Positions 10,276 through 20,380 of a stretch of DNA of 64,000 nucleotides are shown here, in pieces. The notes beneath the pieces were generated by a model, which was not told the origin of the DNA, did not search any database, and saw only the letters and a list, made by a program, of their open reading frames with translations. Every line of letters starts with the position of its first letter. The first letter of the stretch is position 1. The position numbers were made by a program, and so were the translations under genes. Origin of the DNA: Marispirochaeta sp. (lineage in GTDB: Bacteria > Spirochaetota > Spirochaetia > JC444 > Marispirochaetaceae); the NCBI GenBank assembly GCA_963676835.2, contig CAXXFF010000001.1:512001-576000 (forward strand), given 5' to 3'.

Positions 10276-11658
10276 CTACTTCATGGTGCGGGCAGCCTCT
10301 TCCAGGGCGGCCACCAGCTCTTCGGTGGAGGGAATTATGGAAGGATATTTCATCTCTCCGTTGATATAGATACAGGGAAGACAGGGTATCTCCTGATACT
10401 GAATTCTGGCTATATCACCGGGGGTGTTGTACTGAAACACCTGCATCTCTATGGCGTCTTTAAGAATTTCCTCTGCAGATTCCGCTGAAGCAAGCATGTA
10501 GGTACAGGCAGCGCAGGCCTTGGGATCGAGGAGAAAAACCTCCATCAAGGGCTTTTCCAGGGAAGAATAGTCCGGCAGACGCACCTGTATATTTGCGAAA
10601 CTGCCTCCGGTGGAGTATTTCTTTACAATATCCCTGATTGCATTTCGTTCCTGTACCGCCTGGGCTACGCCTACTGCATTTTCAGGAGGTACATCGTAGG
10701 GCATGTCGCAACCCGGAGCTATAATCAGATTCTTTGTAAGAGAGAGTCCCGCACCTTCGATCCTGTCCATGAGATCAATGGTAAACTTCATGTTATCCAT
10801 CTGGTTTCCGAAGAGCATGACCGTTGTAAGGGGAATGTTTCCTCCAAGTACAATATTGTACTTGTCGGTAATGGTTTTTGCCTCGATCATGTTAACATTT
10901 TCATCCACCGCAATGGCATCAGGCGCGGTACGGCACATATTTTCTATGTTGAAGATGGCATTGCCGCAGACAAAGAGAGAACTGAAGGCCTTGCGGCTGC
11001 GGATATGATCAAAAAGCCGGGTGTAGGGTTCCAGAAAAAACTGCTCAAAATGCTTCGGAGAGATCTGTGACATAAGCGGATCAACAGGAACAATCACGTC
11101 CATGCCCTCATCGATATAGTAATCCGCCATGGCAATGGCAATATCCGTTGTGTAGGCAATAATCTTATGGATATATTCAGGCGCCTTGACCAGATTCATG
11201 AAAAGCTTCATCCCCCTCAGGTGAGAAGCTAGGGTCAGGGGACCGCAGAACAGACCATAGAGGGCGGTAGTCTCACCGACGGCCTCTTTAAACCGGCGCA
11301 TCACATCCCAGACCATGGGCAGACGGCCCTCATCCTTTCCAGGAATCTTTGTCGGAATCTCATCGGTTTTTTCTAATGGATGACTCACCACCGAGGGCAG
11401 ATTGTTCTCTATCCAGGCAAGTTCGCAACCGAGAATCTCTGCTTCAAGCTGCAGATCAAACATAACGGTCTGACCGTCGGGACTGTAAAGACGGTTAACC
11501 TCCATAAGGGATTCAAACAGTTTATCCGGATCCTGAAGCACCTCTATGGCGTTGTATCCTCTGGTTTTTCCCGCATGGATGCCCGCATAAGGAACCCATG
11601 GCGGACGTTCCACCTCTTCGTGACGGAGTACTTTATATATAAGCTCTTTACCGTTCAT
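10276..11658 (-). CDS. UroD/MtaA-family (MT2-type) methyltransferase with C-terminal thioredoxin-like CxxC domain
   Basis: LEAEILGCEL, GPLTLA, GGNIPL, APGCDMP; C-terminal CAAC...PCIYING; start set at ATG 11658 behind GGAG. Confidence 0.8.
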   Translation of the reverse strand: MNGKELIYKVLRHEEVERPPWVPYAGIHAGKTRGYNAIEVLQDPDKLFESLMEVNRLYSPDGQTVMFDLQLEAEILGCELAWIENNLPSVVSHPLEKTDEIPTKIPGKDEGRLPMVWDVMRRFKEAVGETTALYGLFCGPLTLASHLRGMKLFMNLVKAPEYIHKIIAYTTDIAIAMADYYIDEGMDVIVPVDPLMSQISPKHFEQFFLEPYTRLFDHIRSRKAFSSLFVCGNAIFNIENMCRTAPDAIAVDENVNMIEAKTITDKYNIVLGGNIPLTTVMLFGNQMDNMKFTIDLMDRIEGAGLSLTKNLIIAPGCDMPYDVPPENAVGVAQAVQERNAIRDIVKKYSTGGSFANIQVRLPDYSSLEKPLMEVFLLDPKACAACTYMLASAESAEEILKDAIEMQVFQYNTPGDIARIQYQEIPCLPCIYINGEMKYPSIIPSTEELVAALEEAARTMK

Positions 11659-11680
11659 AGCATAATCTCCTGCTCTGGTA

Positions 11681-12352
11681 TTAAAAATATTGCTCCATCC
11701 CCATAACTTCTCCGGGTGGCAGAATGATAATATCTTCCGACTCTTCAAAGAGAAGCATCCGCTCAAACAGACTTCCCCGGACAGAGCGCTCCTCAAATTC
11801 AAGGGCGAACTCATCTGCAAACCCTTGAGAAATCTCCCGGTACTTTTCCATTCCGTATGCCCCGGTATCAAGCAGCATGATCCTTCTGTAATGGGTAAGG
11901 ATCATCCCCATATACTCCCTGGCCTGCTCTTCGCCGTAGCGCTCTTTGTACGCCGGATATTCAAGGAGATGGCACTGCCCTTCTGCGGACTCAATAAAGC
12001 CTTTTGTCAGGTAGAGGGTTCCCTGTTCCTCTTCCGTGGCTTCACGGAACTGCCTGTGGGAACCGAAAAAAAGACCTATACAGTCATGCACCCGGGGAAA
12101 AACAAGCTCTTTGTCCGCAGAAGTGAGCCCGACAACACTGTTTGAACAGAGTCCGATACCGAAAATAATCCGTCTGATTTCCGCCGGGGCAGTGTCTATG
12201 GTTTCCTGCAGATAGCTGTTCATCTCTTCCTGACGGCTGTGTTTTTCAAAGGGAACAACATGAACCATCATCTCCGGTGGAATGAGTTTTCCGTATTCGT
12301 ACACTACAGTCTGGCAGATAACCACCATGGTATCGGCAGGGGGAGTATTCAT
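11681..12352 (-). CDS. DUF1638-like protein associated with corrinoid methyltransferase clusters
   Basis: N-terminal Cys (IC), GIGLCSNSVVGL, PRVHDCIGLFFGS, LYLTKG. Confidence 0.7.
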   Translation of the reverse strand: MNTPPADTMVVICQTVVYEYGKLIPPEMMVHVVPFEKHSRQEEMNSYLQETIDTAPAEIRRIIFGIGLCSNSVVGLTSADKELVFPRVHDCIGLFFGSHRQFREATEEEQGTLYLTKGFIESAEGQCHLLEYPAYKERYGEEQAREYMGMILTHYRRIMLLDTGAYGMEKYREISQGFADEFALEFEERSVRGSLFERMLLFEESEDIIILPPGEVMGMEQYF

Positions 12353-12370
12353 ATCACCGTAAAATGTAAA

Positions 12371-12389
12371 CCGGCAGCACTGCTGCCGG
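12371..12389 (-). terminator. Perfect inverted repeat followed by T-rich run on minus strand (hairpin/terminator-like)
   Basis: CCGGCAGCA-C-TGCTGCCGG just after the corrinoid gene stop, followed by TTTACATTTT on minus strand. Confidence 0.45.
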
Positions 12390-12401
12390 CCATATTCTGC
12401 A

Positions 12402-13100
12402 TCAGGCGTTCAGGGCGCCGAGAATAATCGGCTCCTGACTGCCTCCGGCAGCCCCGCGTTCCATAAGCTGGTTGCAGAGATGCACACATTCACCGGCGGT
12501 ATTTGAGTACCCGTCGGCACTTATCATCTGCGTCCACTGGGGAGTAACCGGCCCTCCGCCGAGAATTACCGAATACTTATCCCGGATCCCCATAGCTTTA
12601 AGGGTCTCAATAAGCTCTTTCTGGTAGGGAAGAGAGGTGGTAATAAGGGTTGAGCAGGCAATTATATCCGCCTCTTCCCTCACTGCAGTATCAATAAACT
12701 GCTTTACTCCTACATCAATTCCCAGATCGACGACCTTGAAGCCGTTGGCGGAAAGCACCGCCTTGACCAGGTTCTTTCCGATATCATGGTGATCCCCGGC
12801 CATTACTCCCAGAATGATAGTCCCGGACTCGGCACCGTCGCCTCCGCGTTTGCGGATTTCCGCAAGAAGAATATTCATTGCCTCAGTGGCCGCCTCACCG
12901 CCGAGCATCAGCTCCGGAAGAAAGGCTTCTCCGTCCTCAAACTGCTGGCCCATAAGATCCATGGCAGTCTGAATCCCCTGTTTGATTACCGTCAGGGGCT
13001 CCAATCCGGCAGCCAGACTCTCTTCTGCAGCCTTTGCGGCATCTTCAGCCTCGCCTTCCATAACAGCGTTATACAGTTTCTTGATTATTTCATCTGACAT
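12402..13100 (-). CDS. Methyltransferase cognate corrinoid protein (MtmC/MttC-like)
   Basis: Cap domain (MGQQFEDGEAFLPELM) plus B12-binding DxHxxG (GDHHDIGKNLV), GGGPVT. Confidence 0.92.
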   Translation of the reverse strand: MSDEIIKKLYNAVMEGEAEDAAKAAEESLAAGLEPLTVIKQGIQTAMDLMGQQFEDGEAFLPELMLGGEAATEAMNILLAEIRKRGGDGAESGTIILGVMAGDHHDIGKNLVKAVLSANGFKVVDLGIDVGVKQFIDTAVREEADIIACSTLITTSLPYQKELIETLKAMGIRDKYSVILGGGPVTPQWTQMISADGYSNTAGECVHLCNQLMERGAAGGSQEPIILGALNA

Positions 13101-13156
13101 ATCGTCTCTCCTGATTACGTTCTCTTTTCAAATCAGCTCAAATCGGCACTCAAAAT

Positions 13157-14536
13157 TTAAGCCAGGGGAAATCCGCTTTTAACGGCCTCTTCCCGTACCT
13201 GGTCATATACCTTCTCCGCCTCCGGCAGGGGCCGGAAATTCTTCAGATCCCAGACCTCTTCCACGGGCTTTCCAATATCCGGCGTTTTGATCTGATCCTC
13301 GTATTTGGGGGCGAAGGTTTTCGCAAGCTCGTTCACAGATTCCAGGGACATTCCCGATGCAGCATGGGCAACTTCAGCACACCAGCGGCACTCAAGGGGA
13401 GAAAGATAGTCATTGAACTTTCCTCCCGCTGCCCGGGGACCGGTACTGAAAGCGGCACCTGACGCGGCAATAATGGAAACTCCAACCAGGGTTTCGTACA
13501 TAAGGCCCGGTGTTCCCGGTCCGCTTACCTGGTTTGCAATACCGTGGGAGCAGATATGGGTGTTTCTGCTCAGGGCCTGGTGGGTAACACTGAGAGCCCA
13601 GAGTCCATCCCGGTTTACATTGGAGAGATAGCGGATATCGTAGAGTTCTCCACCGCCGACGGTGGAAAAGAGCACTGCATACTGAAGAAGACCTGCAGCG
13701 ATACTTGAGATGATAGCCCCTTCAGGGGTTCCCGGCATTCCACCGATCATTCCCGGAGAACCGGCAAATATCATTCCATCGACTTCAAGGGAATGGACTA
13801 CCTTGTGAAGAGTCTGATTATTGATCTTCAGCTCAGAAGGATAGAGAATCAGCGAGAGATCGGTATTATAGAAACCATCCTTTGCGCCATAGCAGAACTG
13901 ACCGTATTCGGTAACCGCGGAAATATTACCGATTCCCGGCATACCTTCCCGTCCGGCCTTTTTGCGGATAACCCGGTGCATCTTGGCCTGCTCATAGGTT
14001 AGCAGGGTTTCCGAAGGATCATTGGGAAGGGCTTCAAGTCCGTTGATGGTACACATGGATCCGCCTTCCAGAAGGTCAACCTCAAGCTGACGGGCAATAC
14101 CTTCAGTAAGCAGAGGCCATTTATCTTCCGAGATAGTTATACCCAGAGAAGCTCCGAAAAGCATGGGTCTGGGATCCTCGGGAACCCGGCTTTTCATAAC
14201 CCGCTTGTCCGGTCCGAAACCGAGGGTTACTTCCGAAGGGGCCAGATGAAGGGCGCTTTTAAGTTCGTCTTCACTGATGCGTATTATTCTCTCCCGGGCT
14301 TCGTTATACATACCCAGTTCCAGGGCCAGCTCAAATCCAGCCTGGAAAAACCTGTCTGCCAGCTCCATGTTGGTGTTTACAGGATTCTCCCGGTCTACAC
14401 TCTTCTGAAGCTCATACTTCTGCAGCATTTTCTTTACCGCCTGGGGGATCTTTTTCAGGTCCCAGTCCCTGGCACTGCAGTACTCTCCCTCACGGGAACG
14501 GCGTAAAATCTCTATCAAATCCGGTTTCTGTTTCAC
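13157..14536 (-). CDS. mtmB: MtmB-family (monomethylamine:corrinoid methyltransferase-like) protein lacking pyrrolysine
   Basis: 459 aa; LADRFFQAG, AGREGMPG-I-G, ELKI, GGMPG, SGPGT, LECRWCAEVAHA, GKPVEEVWDL are collinear with archaeal MtmB as I recall it; no in-frame TAG. Confidence 0.8.
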   Translation of the reverse strand: MKQKPDLIEILRRSREGEYCSARDWDLKKIPQAVKKMLQKYELQKSVDRENPVNTNMELADRFFQAGFELALELGMYNEARERIIRISEDELKSALHLAPSEVTLGFGPDKRVMKSRVPEDPRPMLFGASLGITISEDKWPLLTEGIARQLEVDLLEGGSMCTINGLEALPNDPSETLLTYEQAKMHRVIRKKAGREGMPGIGNISAVTEYGQFCYGAKDGFYNTDLSLILYPSELKINNQTLHKVVHSLEVDGMIFAGSPGMIGGMPGTPEGAIISSIAAGLLQYAVLFSTVGGGELYDIRYLSNVNRDGLWALSVTHQALSRNTHICSHGIANQVSGPGTPGLMYETLVGVSIIAASGAAFSTGPRAAGGKFNDYLSPLECRWCAEVAHAASGMSLESVNELAKTFAPKYEDQIKTPDIGKPVEEVWDLKNFRPLPEAEKVYDQVREEAVKSGFPLA

Positions 14537-14806
14537 AGTCTACTCCTTATAAAACGTGATCATACAGACCTGTCACTGTCTGGTTGAATTAGTGTTTTAG
14601 AAAGAAGGCAGTTATACTAAGTTCGTGAAATCGCCATTCAAGCAGCTTGGTTTTAGACTTGCACCAGTTGCAAGGTTTCATTTGCCTGTGATTAAAATGC
14701 TTTCACTATAACCACAATCTTTTTTTCCGGCCCTTACCTGAAAGTATGGTACAGAAGGTACGGAACATTCCAATCTCTTTTACTGCTTTCCTCCTCCCGT
14801 TCTCCC

Positions 14807-16690
14807 TTATATCCCCCGGGGAATATCAAAATACATATGCGCCATCAGCCTCCGGCTGAAACCTTTATCAAAGGAAAGTTCCAGATAATCCAGACTCTCC
14901 CTCAGCTTTCCTGTACGGCGGCGAAAATCCCCGGACAGGGTATAATAGACCGCACCCCGCTGGGAGGTGTTCCCGGAAGGAATCACCCGGCCCTTAAGCT
15001 CTGCAGGCAGAAGCCCGATCTGAAATGCGCTCTCAGGATCAAGGGCACTGCCGAAACCGCCTGCAAGATAGACCATCTCAACATCTGTTACCGCCATGTT
15101 CCGGCAATTGAGCAGGGTCTCTATTCCGGCAGCAACCGCACCCTTGGCCAGTTGAACCTCCCTGAGATCCTTCTGGGAAAAATAAACCGGCGAACCATGG
15201 GCCGATTCCGATGCAGGTGAAAGGAGAAATACCTCCTCACCGTCTATAGTTGTCCGGCGGGATTTCAGCTCATCTCCGGTAGATGACGAAAGCTTATCCA
15301 CTGCCAGAAAACGGCCTTTGCCGTCAACCAGGCCTTCCCGTACAAGAAGGGCGGCTATGTCGACGATACCGCTGCCGCAGATACCGGAAGGAGCTCCTCC
15401 TCCAATGCAGCCAGTTTTCAGACGGCCTGTATCCGCTTCAAAAACAACACTGTAAACCGCACCGGCTATACTGCCGGTCCCGCAGGCAATATGAGCCCCT
15501 TCAAAGGCCGGACCCGCCGCGGTGGCACAGGAAACAAGCGCATCCCTGCTGCCCAGAACAATTTCTCCATTGGTGCCGATATCCACAAAAAGAGCGGTCT
15601 CTTCCTGCATATCCATACCAACCGCGGCAATCCCGACGGTAATATCCGCACCGATGTAGGCGGAACGTCCCGGAACAAGCCTGGTAACCATTTTACCGAA
15701 AGGGCTGCTGCCCAGGGGACCGGTTCCTTCTGCAAAATGCAGTGCCTCGGTAAAAACCGGCACATAGGGCGTCTGGGCTATCCCCAGGGGATACACTCCG
15801 GCAAAAAGGTGCAGCATACTGGTGTTGCCTGCCAGAACACAGGAATTCACCTTTTCCGGTCTGATTCCATTTTTTATGCAGAGATCTTCCATCATCTCCC
15901 CAATCTGAAGAGTGATGGAATCCTGCAGCTCCTTAAGCCCTTCCACTGAATCTGCAGCATGGGAAATCCGGGTAATTACGTCGGCACCGTAGATTCCCTG
16001 CCGGTTCAGACCCGCCCGCCGGTCAATCTCCTTACCGCTGCTGGCATCAACCAGACTGACAACAACCGATGTAGTTCCTATATCTACTGCAAAGGACCAG
16101 AGGGCTGCGGAGGTATCCCCGGATTCAATATCCAAAACCCTGTTTCCGTCCAGAATCAAAGTAACCCTTCTCTCCCGCAGCTGCACAAGCCGGGAAAGAC
16201 TATCTGCAGCTGAGCCGGAAAAAACCATATCCTCTATCCCTGAAACCTTCCGTACCTGGTCAAAAAGGTTCAGCTGGCTCTTCCCGTCCCTCTCCTCAAG
16301 GAGAATCATCTGCTTGCGGACAAGAGGGCTAACTACCCCCCCGAAAGCCACAGGGGAGACCAGCACTGCTGCCTCTCCGGAACTCTGCAGCTCAACCGTA
16401 AGATCCCCGGATGGAAACAGGCGGCATGCCAGCCGCATCCCGCTTTTAAGCTCCTGTTCCGAAAGAGACTGCTTTTCTTCCGGACCGGGTTCACGACAGT
16501 CACCGGATAAAATCCGAACACGGCATTTTCCACAGGTTCCCTTCCCGCCGCAGGGAGCGGCCATTTCCCGGCCGGAGCGGCTTTTTCTCAAAACCTCGAG
16601 CAGACTCGGTCCGGGTGGAAAATCAACAAACTCGTTACCGGGAATAATTTCAAGTCTGAACTCCCCGGAATTCACCTCTCCTGCAGCCAC
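14807..16690 (-). CDS. Corrinoid reductive activator (RACo/RamA-like; 2Fe-2S + ASKHA ATPase)
   Basis: CGGKGTCGKC...RLAC, DIGTT, GADVITRI, DIGTNGE, AAGPAFEG, GICGSG. Confidence 0.9.
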   Translation of the reverse strand: MAAGEVNSGEFRLEIIPGNEFVDFPPGPSLLEVLRKSRSGREMAAPCGGKGTCGKCRVRILSGDCREPGPEEKQSLSEQELKSGMRLACRLFPSGDLTVELQSSGEAAVLVSPVAFGGVVSPLVRKQMILLEERDGKSQLNLFDQVRKVSGIEDMVFSGSAADSLSRLVQLRERRVTLILDGNRVLDIESGDTSAALWSFAVDIGTTSVVVSLVDASSGKEIDRRAGLNRQGIYGADVITRISHAADSVEGLKELQDSITLQIGEMMEDLCIKNGIRPEKVNSCVLAGNTSMLHLFAGVYPLGIAQTPYVPVFTEALHFAEGTGPLGSSPFGKMVTRLVPGRSAYIGADITVGIAAVGMDMQEETALFVDIGTNGEIVLGSRDALVSCATAAGPAFEGAHIACGTGSIAGAVYSVVFEADTGRLKTGCIGGGAPSGICGSGIVDIAALLVREGLVDGKGRFLAVDKLSSSTGDELKSRRTTIDGEEVFLLSPASESAHGSPVYFSQKDLREVQLAKGAVAAGIETLLNCRNMAVTDVEMVYLAGGFGSALDPESAFQIGLLPAELKGRVIPSGNTSQRGAVYYTLSGDFRRRTGKLRESLDYLELSFDKGFSRRLMAHMYFDIPRGI

Positions 16691-16710
16691 TTCGACGAAT
16701 GCCCCGGTAA

Positions 16711-17652
16711 CTACCGTTCTTCCCTGAAGTAGGAGACACCCAGTGCCTGGGGAGCTTTGCTCACGCTGCTGCGGCGCACTGCATCCATAATCAGAATCAG
16801 AATGGTCATGCCGTAGGGAAGAACATCCAGCACATACTGGGATACGGGCAGATCAAATTTCTGCAGCCGGAAACCGATTATATCCAGACCGCCGAAAAAG
16901 AGAGCGCCTAAAAGAAGGCGGTAGGGATTCCATTTTGAAAAGATAACCAGCGCAACAGCGATCCACCCCCTGCCGGCAACAAGTGAATCCTGCCAGGCCG
17001 GAACATATACGAGAGAAAGGTAGCCTCCGGCAAAACCGCACAGGCCGCCGCCAACCAGGAGGTGAACATACTTGTAGAGCCCCACGGGAATACCCAGAGC
17101 GTCCGCAGCAGCGGGATTTTCCCCCACGATGCGGAGATTGAGTCCTGTCCTGGTGGTGTACAGATAGAGGCCGGATACAAGAACCAGCAGAAAGCTTATA
17201 TAGATGAGGATATCGTGGTTGAAGAAAATCTCCCCCAGATAGGGAATATCACCAAGTACCGGAAGCTTCAGGGGCCGGAAAACCTGCATAATACCATCCG
17301 GGGCCTTCTGGCCCACCATGGAAGCTCCTGCAAATCCTGCAAAACCTGTTCCGAACAAAGTAAGGGTCAGACCGGTTACAATCTGGTTGGCCCTCATACT
17401 GATGGTAAGAAAACCGAAAATTAGTGCACCGGTCATTCCCGCAAGTACAGAACCGGCAACAGCCATAAGAGCCGAGCCGGACTGAAGACCGAAGTAGAAG
17501 CCCATGACAGCGCCCATATACATCATGCCTTCAACCCCCAGGTTGAGACTGCCACTCTCTTCGCTGATCAGCTCACCGAGGCCGGCTATCAGAAGAGGAG
17601 TTGCAGACACCACCGCGGCGGCCAGAAAGTTTACTACCCAGGCACTATCCAT
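16711..17652 (-). CDS. Nucleoside-type (CUT2) ABC permease
   Basis: LNLGVEGMM, ANQIVTG, GENPAAAD, AGRGWIAVALV. Confidence 0.88.
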   Translation of the reverse strand: MDSAWVVNFLAAAVVSATPLLIAGLGELISEESGSLNLGVEGMMYMGAVMGFYFGLQSGSALMAVAGSVLAGMTGALIFGFLTISMRANQIVTGLTLTLFGTGFAGFAGASMVGQKAPDGIMQVFRPLKLPVLGDIPYLGEIFFNHDILIYISFLLVLVSGLYLYTTRTGLNLRIVGENPAAADALGIPVGLYKYVHLLVGGGLCGFAGGYLSLVYVPAWQDSLVAGRGWIAVALVIFSKWNPYRLLLGALFFGGLDIIGFRLQKFDLPVSQYVLDVLPYGMTILILIMDAVRRSSVSKAPQALGVSYFREER

Positions 17653-18773
17653 TACCTTTCTCCTTCCTCCGGGGTTCCCTCATCTTCAGTCTCTGTTACC
17701 GGTGAAACAGCAGCATGCCTGCCGGAGGAGAAACTGAAGTGAACCTTGTAGCGGATAAAAAACTCGCTGCCCAGAACAAAGAACAGAATAAGCCCCTGGA
17801 GCAGATCTGCAGCTGCCTGGGGAATATGATACACAGTCTGAATAAAGGAACCGCCTTCCACCATGACAGCGAAAAAGAACGAGGCAATCAGAATAGTCAC
17901 CGCGTTCAGCTGGGCGAGCCAGGCGATTATTATGGCGGTATACCCCACCCCGTTGCTGACATCCACACTCAGGGTACTGTTAACTCCGGAAACCTGGATC
18001 ATGCCCACAAGACCGCAGATACCGCCGCTGGCAAACAGGGTTGCTCCGATAATCAGGGGAACGTTCATGCCGGCATAGCGGGCAGTCTCTTCACTTTCAC
18101 CAATAACCCGAATCTCATAGCCTTTTTTAGTGTAGCGTATAAACAGAAAGAGCCCTGCCACCAGCACCGGCAACAACAGCAATCCGATATGCACCCCGAA
18201 AAGATCGGGTAGCTGGCCGTTTTCCGCCAGATTAGGGATTTTCGGATAGCCGTATGCCTCTTTATCCCGCCAGGCGACATACTGAAGCCAGGTTATCCAC
18301 TTAAGGGCAACATAATTCAGCATCAGTGTAAGGATTGTTTCGTTGGCTTTAAAGCGTATTTTAAATACCGCGGGAAAGAGCGCCCAGATGCCGCCGGAAA
18401 ACACCGCCACAAGGGCCATGAACAGCAGAAGCAGCGGCCTCGGCATCTCTGGAAATGTGAGGGCCGCCCAGGTTGCCGCAAAGGCTCCCATCATAATCTG
18501 CCCTTCGCCGCCGATATTCCAGAACTTCATTCTGAAAGCAAGGCTTATCCCCAAAGAGGCGATGGCCAGGGGAATGGTACGCACCAGGGTTTCCCGGAAG
18601 CGGTAGCCGCTTCCAAGGCCTCCGTCCAGCATGGATCGGTACACAGAAAAGGGGTTGTACCCCATTAACGCAAGAAGGATTCCCGCCGCTGCCAGGGCGG
18701 CCAATACCGCCAGCAACCGAATCCTGAGGCGGGACTTGAGTGGTGTCTCTGCAATCTGGGTTAATCGGAACAC
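17652..18773 (-). CDS. Nucleoside-type (CUT2) ABC permease
   Basis: WNIGGEGQ, NETILTLMLNY, GYTAIIIAWL; GTG start at 18773 behind GGGAG. Confidence 0.88.
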   Translation of the reverse strand: MFRLTQIAETPLKSRLRIRLLAVLAALAAAGILLALMGYNPFSVYRSMLDGGLGSGYRFRETLVRTIPLAIASLGISLAFRMKFWNIGGEGQIMMGAFAATWAALTFPEMPRPLLLLFMALVAVFSGGIWALFPAVFKIRFKANETILTLMLNYVALKWITWLQYVAWRDKEAYGYPKIPNLAENGQLPDLFGVHIGLLLLPVLVAGLFLFIRYTKKGYEIRVIGESEETARYAGMNVPLIIGATLFASGGICGLVGMIQVSGVNSTLSVDVSNGVGYTAIIIAWLAQLNAVTILIASFFFAVMVEGGSFIQTVYHIPQAAADLLQGLILFFVLGSEFFIRYKVHFSFSSGRHAAVSPVTETEDEGTPEEGER

Positions 18774-20284
18774 GATTTGTACTCCCCTAATTGTGACATA
18801 AGCAGTCCAAGTTCCTCTTTCCCCGTTTCGGCGGCAGAAAGAATACCCGATACCTCGCCGCAGTACAGCACCATTATTCTGTCGCACACTTCAAGGAGCA
18901 GATCGAGATCTTCAGCCACAAGCAGCACACCAGCACCGGCGGCTTTCTGCTCATTCAGCATATCGATAACCGTATGGGTTACCCCGAGGTCCAGACCGCG
19001 CACCGGATAGGCTGCAATAAGAACATCCGGCCGGGTATCGATTTCCCGGCCCAGCAGCACTTTCTGCATATTACCCCCGGATAAAACCCGGATAGGCCGG
19101 TTAATCCCGGGGTGCATTATACTCAGGGAGTCTGTCAGTTCCTCCGATTTTTTCTTTCCGAAGGCACGGTCAAAGAGCATCCCCTTCCGGCTTCTGTACT
19201 GGCGGAGCATGATATTGTCCACCAGGTCCATGCCGGTGGCGAGCCCCATACCCGTCCGGTCTTCCGGAATGTATGCCATGCTGATTTCGGGATCGGTTAG
19301 AATCTGCCGGGTTGATTTACTGCTTATATCAGTACCGCAGACAGAGATACGTCCTGCCTGAATCTTCTGCAGACCCAGAAGTGCATGGCAGAGCTGTTTC
19401 TGGCCGCTGCCGGAGACACCGGCTACACCGAGAATTTCTGAACCATGCAGGGTAAAGCTTATATTCTTAAGCTCCCTTGACGCCTCTTTATCTTCGATAC
19501 TGAGGTTTTCCACCTCAAGAACTACCCGCCCCGGGGCGGTTTCCACCCGGGGGTACTCCATATTCATGGATTTACCCACCATAAGCTCTGCCAGAAGCTT
19601 CTGACTCACCTCGGAGGTATTAACCGTTTTTACCAGCCGTCCTTTTCTAAGCACGCTGACCCGGTCGCTTATTTCCATAACCTCGTTGAGCTTATGGGTA
19701 ATGATGATGGTTGTCTTTCCCTGCATTTTCATTTTACGGATAATGCAGAAAAGAACCTCTGTCTCCTGAGGGGTAAGCACCGTGGTGGGCTCATCGAGAA
19801 TCAGAATATCCGCCCCCCGGTAGAGAACCTTCAGAATTTCTACTGTCTGCTTTTCCCCGACACCCATGTCTCGGATTTTTCTGTCCAGATCTACACAAAG
19901 ACCGGTATCATCGGAAAGACTTTGTATTCTCTCCTTTATTGCCCGGGGTTTGAGGAACAGGGAGCCCTTTGTTCCGGCGCAGATATTTTCCCAGGAGCTT
20001 AAGGCATCTATTAGTTTGAAATGCTGATAGATCATACCGATACCGGCGGCAATTGAATCCTGGGGAGACCGGAACCTCTGTTCCTTTCCCCGGAGATGTA
20101 TACTCCCCGAATCGGGAGCATAGATACCGGTAAGGATATTCATGAGGGTACTTTTACCTGCACCGTTTTCACCCAGCACGGCATGAACCTCACCTTCCCG
20201 GACAGATAGATCTATTCTGTCATTGGCTTTGAGACTGCCGAATTCCTTGGTAATTGATTCCATGCGGATAAATTCACCGGACAC
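18761..20284 (-). CDS. Double-domain ABC ATPase (sugar/nucleoside type)
   Basis: GENGAGKST, LDEPT, LSGGNMQK. Confidence 0.92.
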   Translation of the reverse strand: MSGEFIRMESITKEFGSLKANDRIDLSVREGEVHAVLGENGAGKSTLMNILTGIYAPDSGSIHLRGKEQRFRSPQDSIAAGIGMIYQHFKLIDALSSWENICAGTKGSLFLKPRAIKERIQSLSDDTGLCVDLDRKIRDMGVGEKQTVEILKVLYRGADILILDEPTTVLTPQETEVLFCIIRKMKMQGKTTIIITHKLNEVMEISDRVSVLRKGRLVKTVNTSEVSQKLLAELMVGKSMNMEYPRVETAPGRVVLEVENLSIEDKEASRELKNISFTLHGSEILGVAGVSGSGQKQLCHALLGLQKIQAGRISVCGTDISSKSTRQILTDPEISMAYIPEDRTGMGLATGMDLVDNIMLRQYRSRKGMLFDRAFGKKKSEELTDSLSIMHPGINRPIRVLSGGNMQKVLLGREIDTRPDVLIAAYPVRGLDLGVTHTVIDMLNEQKAAGAGVLLVAEDLDLLLEVCDRIMVLYCGEVSGILSAAETGKEELGLLMSQLGEYKSCSD

Positions 20285-20339
20285 CGTAACTGTTCCCCTC
20301 TTTTTCCTTTATTTCAGAACATCGTACAAAAAGAAAGTC

Positions 20340-20371
20340 TGCAGAACCCCCGGATATACAGGGGCTCCGCA
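20340..20371 (-). terminator. Hairpin between binding-protein gene and ATPase (mRNA-stabilising/attenuating)
   Basis: TGCGGAGCCCC-N10-GGGGTTCTGCA on minus strand. Confidence 0.5.
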
Positions 20372-20380
20372 TTCTATGCA

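Noticed and set aside
13157..14536. Amber read-through / pyrrolysine recoding
   Set aside because: The ORF has no internal TAG; no pylTSBCD seen
14647..14663. GG-N10-GC motif as the sigma54 promoter of mtmB
   Set aside because: It is on the plus strand, pointing away from the minus-strand mtmB gene
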